Part shown: positions 14,901 to 27,135 of the stretch, in pieces
How the letters are laid out: each line of letters starts with the position of its first letter
Position numbering within the stretch: position 1 is the stretch's first letter
Source: Octopus sinensis
Lineage: Eukaryota
Assembly: GCF_006345805.1 (NCBI RefSeq)
Contig: NC_042998.1
Location: forward strand, 106,702,001 to 106,766,000
Length of the DNA: 64,000 bases
Direction of reading: 5' to 3'
The notes under the pieces: model-generated
Told to the model about the DNA's origin: nothing
Database searches by the model: none
The model's input: only the letters and a program-made list of their open reading frames with translations
Made by a program: the position numbers and the translations under genes

Positions 14901-16404
14901 TTTGTACAACACATGTTCTAACTCATGTTTTTAAGAGCCAAATGTGTGTGCTGGTAACTGATGAAGATAAAAAAATGTTAATAAAAAGAAAAGCAATGAA
15001 CTATGTTTTATCTAAGATGATTTATTGGAAAGTATTTTTTGAATATTCCTTTTATTTATTTAACTTTTTTTCAAATGTTAGTAATTAAGTAGACCAGTGT
15101 TTCTTGACCAATTCTGCCTCATGTCCCCCACTCCAATTGTATACCTCATCTTGAACAAAGTTTGTATATAGCATCATGTATTCAAAAAAAAGTTTTAAAA
15201 CTTTATTGGAAGTTTTTTTTTACTTGTAACTTAAACCTTATTCTGAAGCCCCTCACCCTACAAAATATTGCTGTATCCTGTCAACGGGGCATGCACCTTC
15301 ACCTTTATTTTACTTCTAGAAGCTCCATTGAAGAAAAAATGTAAACTTTTATTTTTCTAAGCATCTATGGTATTTTACAGATTTTACTGCTATTTGTGGG
15401 TTACTAGTAAGATTGTGCTGTTTCCTTCATTGTTAATCCTTTTGTTACCATATTTCTGTTGAAGTACACTGCCTCTGTTTCAATTAATTTTTCATATAAT
15501 GAAGAATTTAGGTGTTTTAAGCATAAATTAACATGAAGTTTAGATAAGTTTTAATTTGGATCACTTAAAAAAATAGATATGAGGCCCCAGTCAGCACAAA
15601 TTTTACTTGACATGAAGATGCAGGCAAACAAAAGACTTAATGGTAGTGTAGATTTATATCTGCTTCAGTATTTTAATTTTTATGATATACAGTAGTAATC
15701 AGATCTACCTATTTATATCAACCAAAGAGGAAGCTTCTACATGGTCACTTGACCTTCTAGAAATGGTAGCTGAATTCTCTCAAATCATACCTTTAAAAAG
15801 ATAGTGTAGTCATTGTTGGAATGCCTTTTGATCTGAGGACTCCTCAATCAAGGTTAGCCTGAGGCTAAACAACAACCTACTGTTGTACATCCAGATCATT
15901 AAAGTTCTGAGCAATCATCTTGAAGCAGCTCATTGTTACAGTTATCTTAATGCTTTGTTTAGTGTTACTGAACAGGGTTGAACAGTTTTACCTGAGTAGA
16001 TCTATATCATGGAGGGAGCAAATCAATTCTTTCAACTGTTATCCTGTTTCAATTGTACACATTATCTTGAAGTTTCAGTTTTAAAATGAACCTGCCGTTT
16101 TCAAAGTGAATTACTCAGTTTTTTTTTTTTTTTAACATTTACAGCCTCTCTTCAATTATTTAGCTCTTTATGTAAATCTAAAATTAGAAAAGGGATTCTA
16201 TTCTTATTCATGAGTATTTATTTATGTTACAGGATCCAATCCGTTGCCAATATCCAGTTACAAACACTGCCTAAAGACTTCATAATACATATGGTGAGTA
16301 ATGACTTCTTGGTGTTGCAAATGGAATTTCTGCCCAAATTATATAAATATTGATTGTTTTTTAGGTTTATTATTTTGATCAGCATTACTGAAAGAGATGC
16401 TACA

Positions 16405-16550
16405 TCATTTAATGTCCATTTTCCATGCTGGCATGGGTTGGACACTGCCCAGGCTCCAATTGTCTGTTTTGGCATGGTTTCTACAGCTGGATGTCCTTCT
16501 TAATGCCAGCCACTTTATTGTGTACTGGGTGCTTTTACATGGCATCAGCA
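16405..16550 (-). mobile_element. RTE-type 3' tail copy
   Basis: CATTTAATGTCCATTTTCCATGCTGGCATGGGTTGGAC...GTTTCTACAGCTGGATGTCCTTC is the reverse complement of the 42514-42679 tail. Confidence 0.75.
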
Positions 16551-16854
16551 GAAGTGCCTCTCAGATGCCTCCAGCACAAGTGCTGTTTATGTAGTACTGG
16601 TACAAGTGCTTTATATGTGAACCGCAACCCCACAAGACAGACCTTTTGACTGAGAGAGGGCGTGGGTGGTATGGCCATACAGATCTTTTATTTTCCAGAA
16701 GTTACTTGTACTAAAGTTTTTTTTTCTTCTTGACAGTAAGACTGTTAATCTAATTTCCTTGCTGAAACTTAAGAAATGTATTGTTCATGAAATAAGAACA
16801 TCAAATTGATTTGCATTTAATCATCTATCAGTGCAGGGGTATTTTGTTTTCCTA

Positions 16855-16998
16855 TTATCACCTTCATCAACATCTGAATCCATTTTCCATGCTGTGTGGG
16901 TTGGATGGCTCGACTGGAACTGGCATGGCCAGGGGCCCTACCAGGTTCTGTAGTCTGTTTTGGCTTGGTTTCTAAAGCTGGATGCCCTTCCTAACACC
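16855..16998 (-). mobile_element. RTE-type 3' tail copy
   Basis: CCATTTTCCATGCTG...GGGTTGGATGG...GTTTCTAAAGCTGGATGCCCTTCCTAACACC. Confidence 0.75.
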
Positions 16999-17329
16999 AA
17001 AAATCCATTGTTTCATTTCATTACCTTAACTTCTTTCCATTCTTCATATTTCTAATACTCATGCATACACAGACACACTCATTCACAAATACACACATAT
17101 ACTATTTTTATTTTTTAATGGCATAGTCAGAAGTGGAAAAGCAATGCTCAACACCCTTTCAGAGCCTCTTTGATAAACTGAAAAAAGGGAATGAATTATC
17201 CTGACCAAAGACCTAGTTCTGATGGTTATAACAAAGTAACCTCAACTAAGGGCCAAGTGGTCATGTTATTATCATCAAAATCCTCATCATTTTCATGATA
17301 ACTTTTTCCATAATCACATGTATTGGATA

Positions 17330-17930
17330 GGTTCTTTCCTACATAGTGTCTTGCCATTTACTGCAGATTTTGTCATCTTTTTTTGTGAGATTTGATTTCT
17401 TGAGATCAGCTTTTTCCACTTCTGCCTATAGCTTCCTTGATCTTCTCCTACAACTTCCTTCCACTTTTAGAGTCTATGCAGCATCACGTTTCATACACAA
17501 GCAACATACAATCTGCCTCTTCACTTGAAAAGGTAATCCCTCTGTTGTCTACAGAGGTCATAGCTCCCTTAGCTTTTCATACTCTGTTCTTATTCCAGCC
17601 ACTATGCTTTCAGAGTACCCTCCTGCTGATTAGGTTCTAATGACAGACGCTACCAATTACTTCTATAAAGCCTCTTAGGCATTGAAAGAATTTATTTTAC
17701 TACTGCACTGACTGCTAACTATTCCTGTACATCTGTCACCTTTGATGCCAGGACACCTCTTGTGCACATTGTGCACCTTGTGTGGAATGCCTACCTCCTT
17801 TTTCTTTGTCTTTGCCAAATTTATTCTGCTGCCTTTCAATTCTAAGTTTTGCTTACACATCTGGAATTTCTTCTCTACTCTGTTATTAGCCATTAGCAAA
17901 TAGGAATTCCCATGAACAACTAGTCTTAAA
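17330..17930 (-). mobile_element. RTE-clade LINE reverse transcriptase fragment, heavily decayed
   Basis: Minus-strand translation gives CSWEFLFANG* (decayed PWELLYADDL, 17890-17918), KKFQMCKQNLELKGSRINLAKTK, and GRLYVACV*NVMLH (decayed RLY.ACVR.VMLHGSETW). Confidence 0.65.
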
Positions 17931-18149
17931 CTCCTCTGTCATGACTTGGAGACTATAACAGAAAGGAGGGGCTGAGAATCAAGATGTACTAAACCTACCT
18001 GCATGTTTGCCATCTCTCGCTTTTCTGATTGGTTTCTTGTGCACTACTCTCATAAACCATTCAGTTATTGCCTACTCTTTTTATACCACCAACTATGTCA
18101 AATGCCTTTTCTAGATAACAAATGCTACGTAGAAGTTTATTCAACTTGT

Positions 18150-19120
18150 CTCTTTCAAAATAGTGTCTTCAACAGTTGAAACATTTCCTAGAACAAGTTT
18201 TCAGAGATAGTGCACAGTTCTTGTAGCAAATCTTTTTCAGTCTCTTCTATTATCTAAAATAGCTGGCCTTCCATAGTGGAGTCACCTTTAAGAGTGTAAG
18301 GTAGTTGTGAGATAAGAGTTCAGTTGCAAGTTATAGATGAGTGATATATGAACCAATGTGGTAGGCAATCAGAATTCATCCATGTCTCAGGTCTTCTCTT
18401 TTACATTGCCTCTTTTTAAACAGCTCAGAACTGCCAAGTAAAACTTATTTGATCACTTGACCTGATAGAACAAACTCATGATATACAATATCCTTCCAAT
18501 CAAAAAATTATGCTCAACATCACTTTCATATTTGAGCAACATGTGCTTTTTTTCCCCTCTCTCTGTTTGACATTGGCATCAGCTGCTTTTGTGATTTAAC
18601 ATGGTAGCAATACACCCATGTATCATTACATCGGCTATTATGACACTTTCCAGAAACTTATTTGAAAGATCAAATAACTTCTGATTGTCTTGCCTTCTTT
18701 TTTGGTCATCTATCAAACGACACAGCACTATGTTTTCAGCAATGCAATATATTTTCAGTTTTTCTTTTAAGAACATTGTTGCAAGAAGTTTTACAGATGC
18801 CTTCTTCTTTGGAAAGACACTTAGGTAGCAGTTTTCATAAATCACAAGTCACATATTTACAATGTGATCATCCAGATTTGGAATCATATTTAATGGATGT
18901 CCTTCTTGATTTGAAATATTGATACCATTCCTGAACTGTGCAGCTCAAACAATCCACAAAGGCCTATTACAACATAAGAAAAGTCTCTAAACGATTTTCA
19001 TAATTTGGAACAGAATTTTGTAAAAGCTCTTTGATTCTGTACTCCATTGTCCAACTTGCATCAAATTGCCAAGAGGTGCACCAAACATGCATTCATTCTA
19101 TCAAATGTAGACAATTAACA
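18150..19120 (-). mobile_element. Possible very old DNA-transposon (piggyBac-like) coding relic
   Basis: Coding-like composition with only weak motif echoes (QYFKS..SIKYDSK, DWKD) and many stops. Confidence 0.25.
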
Positions 19121-22100
19121 TAAAGTGTTATTGTTATTATTATTAGACTAAAGGTCAAGGTCATCCAGCTACAGTATTGCAGTTACAAGCAAGTTGATGC
19201 AGTTTTAAAAACATATACATTGTTTTATTTTCCATTAGGGTTTTTTTTTTTAAAGATGGGTACAATTTCAATCATTTCGATATTTTATTTGTAATTAATT
19301 TTAACAGATGAATGCATTTCCTTTTACTTTTTCCTTCTTGGAGCTAAAGTTGAAATGATAAATATTGTTAGTCTGCAAACTGATTTAGAGTCTCAAATCT
19401 ATGTTTGTTGTTGCAAATGAGCAACAGGGAGTGAGAAGAAACAAGAGAGCACTAGATTAAATGTACTATATTTAATGTTATTTCCTTATATTCTGTGGTG
19501 AAGTATCACCAAAAGGATTTAACCATTCATATATCTGATTGATAAAACAATACCAATGATATACTGTAACAAATTATATCACCCATCTGCAATCAAATAC
19601 ATTTCCCATCTGCAGCAATTAGTTTCATATGTAGTCAAAATTGAACTCCTGGCTATGTGGCCAAGTACCAGCTCAAAATTGTAGTTGACATCAAGCCTTT
19701 ATATCTCTTTGTAAATTAAAGATTTTTATTAAACAATCTTAATGCAACTCTCTAGAAACAAGTTGGTGATGTAAATATATAGGATCAGCTTTTTGGCTAA
19801 CTGCTTTAGTATTGTTTTAAGATGACCCTCCAAAAGATTTACATACTATAACTGAATCTACCTTGTGAGATTTTAACCTTAATAATCCTATTATATTGAT
19901 TACATGGTCAGGATTTTTTCTAGTTTCTAATGTTTTTGTTGTGATATGTATTTTATTGCAGTCAGATACATTTCAATGTGTTGAGGGTAGTTGAACTTGA
20001 GAGAACAATAGTGAACATTGTGGCTTCATTTTTAGTGAAAATAAACTGTAGAATATAACATAGATGATTTATATAAACTCAGATCAGCAGGTTATTTCTT
20101 TTTTATTGAACATTCTGATTTGATTAGGAAATTTATTTTAAATTGTTGTCAGTGAGTTTAAAAGAAATTGGCTTATAAGTATCATCTTAAATTATCATTA
20201 TTATGGCATTTTTCAATACATTGGTAAACTGTGCTGTTCATTTTATATATATATTTCAAATCATTAACCATTTTATTTTAATTATCATCATTTGCTTATA
20301 TTTGTGTTTGATAGTATTAATAGTATTCATTGAAGATTCTCTTTGGAAGAATCTTATGAATTGTGAAAATAATGATATAAAATTGTCTTTCAACTCATTG
20401 AAAGGTTGTTAGTGGTGTGGTAGAAGCTTTCCTATTCTATCTTACAAAGTAAGAAATATTTTGCAGCTCTGACATTCTCTTATTCGTTCATTCATTCTTT
20501 TCTGTTTCTATGCAATAAGTTAACAATTTATTTGACATGATGATGATGCATTGTATTGAATCAATACAGAGAAACATTATTTTTAACATTTGTAATTACC
20601 TGTTGTATTAAAATGTTGTGTCCTTGATAATCAGTTAAACAAAGAACTGCATAAAAGCCTAATAGAAGAATAAAATCAAAGAATATTTTTATTGCACACT
20701 CTAAGGATACTAACACAATTCAAAAATCATTAGTAGTAAAGTTAAAGACAAAATATTAATAAATGTAGTAATCTAAATTACTTTTGGATGTGTTCCTAAA
20801 TTTGCTTTTCTTTAATGACAATTGAGAAAAGTCTCTTCTATCTCAGCTGTTAGATTACATTTCTATACACAAGCTTTGTTCTTTACAATCTTTTAGTTAA
20901 ATGATTTCCTAACATTTAATGATTTGCATCACAACTTTTCAAGTTTGAGTTCTGTTCTAACAGTCAGTATTTTATTTCGATTATTTTCACACAAACTTTC
21001 ATTTATATTACACATCAAACATTTAATTTATCTTTTGTTATTGGTAGTCTTTCCTGAATTTCCACTCTAAGTTCATTATCAGTGTCTGTAAATCTGTCTC
21101 TCTTCTTTCTGTTCTCAGAATACAAGTATTGAATAGGATTTTGACCACAAGAGTTTTATAGCTTGTATTAAAGCCCTGTCTCTAGTACAACTGACTGGGG
21201 CCTGAGTGTGTATACACAACATTCTTTACAAATAGATGTCCATACCAGTAATGAGGGAATTGATGTACATAATATCAATGATCTGATAATGATTTGTCAG
21301 TCTGAAAATTTAGTCTGCTAAAAACTGTCTAGAATGTCATTTGTATATTAGCTGAAATCTTAGGAACCATGAATTTTATTTCATTTTGCTATTTTTCATT
21401 AATTATCAGCAATGGAAAATGGTTAAGGTAGACAGAATCAATAGAAGTCTGGTTTTTAATGTGTCTGTTAAAAGGAACATTTTTCAAGTTGTGGAGGTTA
21501 ATTAGCTTGTTAGAAATATATCCTTGGTTTATGTTTTGAAACAGAAGGATTAAAAGTAAAACTCTAATTATTTTGCTGTACTTGTTAATTTCTTCATGAT
21601 GATTATGTTTTGTTCATTTTGTTGATCTTAAGCATCTGGTATGTAATTTGTTGTAGCATCTAGTATGCTATTTGGTCTATAATTAGTTAAATTTAAACAA
21701 TTAAAAAGATCTCATCTTCCAGTTACCAGAATTTTGATTTCTTACCTAAAACATTGTTCTCCTAGCCTCTGACTGTGTTTTGTAACTTTTCTGCAATAAT
21801 GTTTTTACTCTATTATACATTTCCTAAGTGATGTCTTCATCTGGCATTCACTATTTGTGTTTTCATATATTTGTAATCATATAAAGAACAAAGATTATGC
21901 TTTACCTTAAAGCATTTGATAATTCAATATTTTGGACAAAATTTGTCTAGAATGAGGAATATCAATGCTCTTTGTGAAGTGGGTTGTATTTTCCATGGGT
22001 TTTTCTCTGTTTTTTTCAAATTTTCTTTGTAAAAATATTGAATTAAAGGCTGTGCATGCAAGGGAGAGAGAGATAGAGAGAGGGGGGGGGGTTAAAGTTT

Positions 22101-22966
22101 GCATCTTACAGAAGCAAGTAGAAATGGCTAAATTAGCCAATGAGCTTTGCTTTATTTTTGTTGGCAGTTGATGGTGTATTTGTATTGTTTGAACAAAGAT
22201 TTACTTACTTGATCCTTTAGTTCCCATTATTTTGAACTATAGCTCTGATTGTAACAGTAATGTTCTTGTTCTAGGATTTATTGAAGTGTTTGTTAACTGG
22301 CAACACACATTTGTGAGGGTATTTTCATTTGATTGTGTAAATGCCCAGCCAGATAGTGCTCCTGATGTAATTTCTGTCTCATTTTGTGCATTTTTAACTT
22401 GTAGGCAATTGCTCAACTGCCTCGTGTTGTGAATGGTAGTTGTTAGTGCTCTGTCCTCCAACTAGTTCATAATAGGGATAGCCAGCAGGTTCAACAGATC
22501 CCATTGACAGTACTGAGGTGTGTTACATGATCAAAGAAACCAGTAATGTGTTGTTCACAATGATTGACATGAATTGGTGGATGCCTAAGAGTGTGAGACT
22601 GAAACAGATGTTGAAGTGATGTGATTGGTCTGTAGATTGATGCCTTGAAGTATGGAGAGAGAAAATTTCTATGCTAAAAACATTTCTGTTGTTTTTGAGT
22701 ATAATGAAGCCAACTTGTTGGAGCCTTTGATGCAAACAAAATTATCAACCTGTCTGGAGAACGCTTGTAGTGTAGGGTTTGATCCAAGAAAAAAGTCAAG
22801 AAATTTTGCATAAGGATTTTTTAAGCTGGAAACAATGGATCTAATTTTAAGTTTGTTTAAAATTGTATCTCTTCATGAGATGGTAGAAGATAAGTTTGCT
22901 GTTTTTAATGGCAAAAAGATGCCTTTGTTACTGATGTCAATCTACTAAATGGTGTTGATGAGATTT

Positions 22967-23136
22967 TTAACTCTTCACCATTTAAACTGGCCTGATCTGA
23001 CTGCTCATAACTAGCCAACAATGTCATTCTATAAATAATCACATCATCAAAATCTGAAAGCTACAAGGTAATGCATGTTTAATTCAAAACACTGTGGATA
23101 AATAGGCATTGCATTTGACAGAGTAATCTAAATATT
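22967..23136. mobile_element. piggyBac-type MITE (162 bp between TTAA duplications)
   Basis: TTAA at 22967-22970 and 23133-23136. Termini CTCTTCACCATTTA and (reverse complement) CCCTTTAATATTTA. Confidence 0.7.
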
Positions 23137-26100
23137 AAAGGGTTAATCTAGATTGGTGTGATCTATAACATCAGTGCAATCCAGAGTTGTTGAGTTGCTC
23201 ATGTGTAGATATCCTGAATGGAAAGCCAAATTCTTTCTCTTTGTCAGAGGCATGTTAAATGAATTATTTCAAATGAAGTATTGGGATTTAAAGAAATCAG
23301 AGCTTGCCCTAGTTATTTTTCTAGGAGGTTGGAGATGAATAGCTTATGACGAGCAAGTTTGAGGTTAAGTTTATGGTTGGTTGATGGGATATGTCTGTTA
23401 CTGATGTCAACCTAAATGGTATTGATGAGGTTTTTCAAATCTTTAGTATTTAAACTGGCCTGGTCTAACTTCTCACAACTAAATGGGTTAACTGGGCTGC
23501 CAGAGGTGTTAGATAGCAAATCTGATAGGAGTGGTTGTGTTGTAGTATTGAGTTTGTGAACAGAAATACATTTAAGCTGTTAGGGTAGGCAAACTCAATA
23601 GAGTTTCAAGTGAGCTTCATACTATCATAATTTTTTTTCTCCTCAGGATCACTATTAAATATTCTCCCATTTAATCAAAATGTTTCTTGAAAACCAACAA
23701 CCCATTATTTATTGGACGTCATTAGAGGGATCCACTGGTCTTGTTTAACACTATTTCAATATATTTAACAATGAGTCTTTTAATTTTCATCATGTCTCAT
23801 TATACAAACATCACCAGTGAATTTAGTGTTCATTTCCCAATTGTTCTCTTTTGTTCTTTTTATGCTTGTTATTTTTTTTTCTCGGCCTTTAATCAGGAAC
23901 ATTTTTCACATAGTGAAAACTTTGTCTTGCCTATTACATAAATGTATGCTTGAATGTTAATGCATGAAATTAACCATATTTTGTTCTTTTTTATGTTTTT
24001 TTTCCCCTTTTTCTTTGTTATTCTATAAAAGAATATTTTTGTATTGATCAATAATGTTAGCCTAATTAAGTGAAACTTTATTGCTTGTCTTTAGTAAATG
24101 GCATAGCATAAACTCTCACTTGTTGATAATTATCTGGACTGTTATCTTATTTTATAAAATAATTACTTTAAAAGTTTATGTTCAAAAGGTGTTGAATTAT
24201 CAGTATAACTTTGAATCACTTTATTGAGTACATTATTTGTGTGTGTGTGTGGTAATTATTAAATCCCTTTTTTTTTACTTTCTTTTGCATCATCATCATT
24301 ACCCATTACTACCTCTATGATAGCAATGTCTTTGTCATCATTATCAGAGTTACTCTTTTGATTATTATCATTGTTCTCTACATATGTTTTTCATATGGCA
24401 TGTGTTGTATAGGGTTGAGAATTCAATTAGCATCCCTGTCTTTTTGTATATTATAAGCCCATCACCAATTTGGTTACTGTCCTTTTAAGAGTTTTAGAAT
24501 GAAAACTAATCAGTTGAGAAGCTACTTCTATTCAAAAATTCTTGTTGCTATCTACTTTTGTGTTATTTAGGCTAGCTAAATAGAAGGTATAAAATGTACA
24601 ATAACCTTTGTGCTCACTGTTTACAATTAACTATTGCAGAAACTTGAAAAGGTTGAGTTTCATTCTTACAACTACAAAGTACCTTAATGATTTGTTGATC
24701 CAATATGAAGAATAAATACGCCTCACACAAAAGTATTGCTACCCCATTTTGATCAAGAAACCAACTGCAACACACCCACATACACACTTACACAAATACT
24801 TATATGCAAACTTTTTCTCTCACCAGCATTCTAGCAAGATCTTCTTTTCTCAGACTACTACTACTGCCTCTATCTTCTGATATTCTTGTGTATACCATAT
24901 CCACATTAACACATTTATTTATTTTATATCGACTTCATTATTTGTCATCACCAATGTATTTTATACTCTTAGACTCCATACTAAACACTTTGCTTTTTCC
25001 CCTCAGAGCCACATCTTTGTAGAACTTTATGCTTTTTTTTTTCCCCCTCGACCACTCGCAGTAGCCTCTAACTTCAATTGCATTATGATATATATGGTCC
25101 TGAAGTATTTATGAGTACAGTTTTACCAGTACAGGCTGTTAAAAAACTGTGAAGTTGAATATCAATTCTATTACACAACAAATATTTGAATTATCCCAAG
25201 TTGTAAAATTCTTTGCTTTAAAAGAAGGTTATTTAATCCAAGAAATTTGATCTAACTTATTCAGAATGGTAAAATGAAAGACTTTTTAAATTTGAATTTC
25301 CAAAATAATGAGAAAAATTAATTACTAAAATTATTTGTCACTTTTGTCATTTGTTCAAGTTAATTTGCTTTTAAATTATCCAATTTGTCATCAACTTAAA
25401 GTATGTTTTCCTTTAATTCTTTTTTGTACAGTTGTGAGAGTTTTAAATAAAATGTCTCCTAGATTATAAAAAAGATAAAATTGGAACATAATACATATCC
25501 TGCTTATGTAAGCATGCCTGTGAGTGACTTCATCAGCAGAAGTACAAACCTATTAACTTTTCTTTCATTCTGAATTAATGCTCTTTTGGGGGTGGGGTGG
25601 GTATCAAAAGGCCGTTTATTTGTGGAGAAAGAATATAATAGATTAATTGAACTCTTTATATTTATTTTATCAATCACTGAGAGCCGAAAATCAAAATTAG
25701 CCATGGTGGAATTTACACTTATAATATATAGATCATGAGTCAGCAACTTCTTTTATAATGGCCCACTTTTGAATTGTTTTACATATGCCTATCTGTCAGT
25801 ATATTATATCTTATCTTACTTATAAAAATATCTGCATATCTCCTAATTTCCACCACCAACAATGTTTATGTTAGCAAAAATTAGATAATTCTGTTTAAAT
25901 GCCATTAATTGCTCAATGACTCACTAATGCATTTCAGGTTTTTTTTTTTAAAGGCCCATGGTTCCACAGAGAACACTCATGTAACCCATTTGTAGGCTAT
26001 GTCCTCCCCTCCTCCCACTACTGCCACCCACTAATGTAAATGGACAAAATTAAATACTTTAAAACACCCACTGCTCTATTGTTTCTGACACTCCACTAAT

Positions 26101-27096
26101 GCTTTTCTTTAAAAACTATAAAATAAAACAACAAATAAATATATTTTGGCCATCACAACTGAAGTCATGTTGAAGTACAGTACTCCGGTATGACTTTAGC
26201 TGTGGTGGTTAAAATGTAGTTTTACTGTGTACATAGGACCTATTAGAAGAAATAAATGATTAAAAGAAACAGAAAGTAGCAAGTTTTACAGAAATATAAA
26301 AAAATTATTCATGTATTCATTATAAGAAGAAATTTATGGTGTTTTTTGGGGGGTTTTTTTTTCATATTTTTAAGGCGATCCATGTAGATACTTAAGTACC
26401 TATAAAAATTTGTCACTGAATATCTCAACCACAATAATTTTGTTTTGGAAATATAGTTTCAATTTATTGATGTTGAAACCTAATGTAAATCTGACACTTT
26501 TTCAGTATCTAATCATTGTTGATGTAATGCCAAACATCTATGTTACATTAATATTTATTTGTCGTAAATAGTTGATTTTTTTAATTCTTTTTTTTATCCC
26601 AATTGTTTCTATAGTGTAAAAAATGTGCAAAATTTTTAATGTGCCAAATGTATAAATGATAAATTGATATAAACTGTAATGGCACAAACACCTATAAAAA
26701 AGAATTATATTTTGAAATGATTCTAGAACTTGCTAGTGGTCAGCCTATGTATTTACTATATGTACATAAATGCTTATATCATTTGGGGGAATGAAAAAGA
26801 AAAAAACCTTATATATATATATATATATTTACAGGGGATTTCTCAAGCAAAGTGTTTATATATTATTTGTATTTATTGCATTGTTCATATCTGGACGATT
26901 CTAATTGTGTAGTTCATCTAAGATAATTTTATTTTTTTACCTATTTTGGTTATCTTCAGCTTTGATAATTTTTTCTGTCATTTTTCATTCTTGTTCTCTT
27001 GGGAATACAATTATAAGGTTCAAACAGTTTCTGTTTCTTTTAAATCTATCTTATATTCTCTTAATTATGTTACATGTGCACTTTTGATTCCTGCAG

Positions 27097-27135
27097 GGAT
27101 GACCAAATGGCCGTATGAATCTGCTTTGAATTTTG
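27097..27135 (+). CDS. TNRC6: Candidate TNRC6 start-codon exon (39 nt; ATG 27099, MTKWPYESALNF)
   Basis: Acceptor TTTTGATTCCTGCAG|, donor TG|GTAAGT. It ends in phase 1, joining exon 34682 in frame (G+AT = Asp) for an 1834-aa product. The other two frames contain stops. Confidence 0.55.

Noticed and set aside
23030-23075. Exon-like segment ending CAAG|GTAATG
   Set aside because: Lies inside the piggyBac-type MITE and has no good acceptor.
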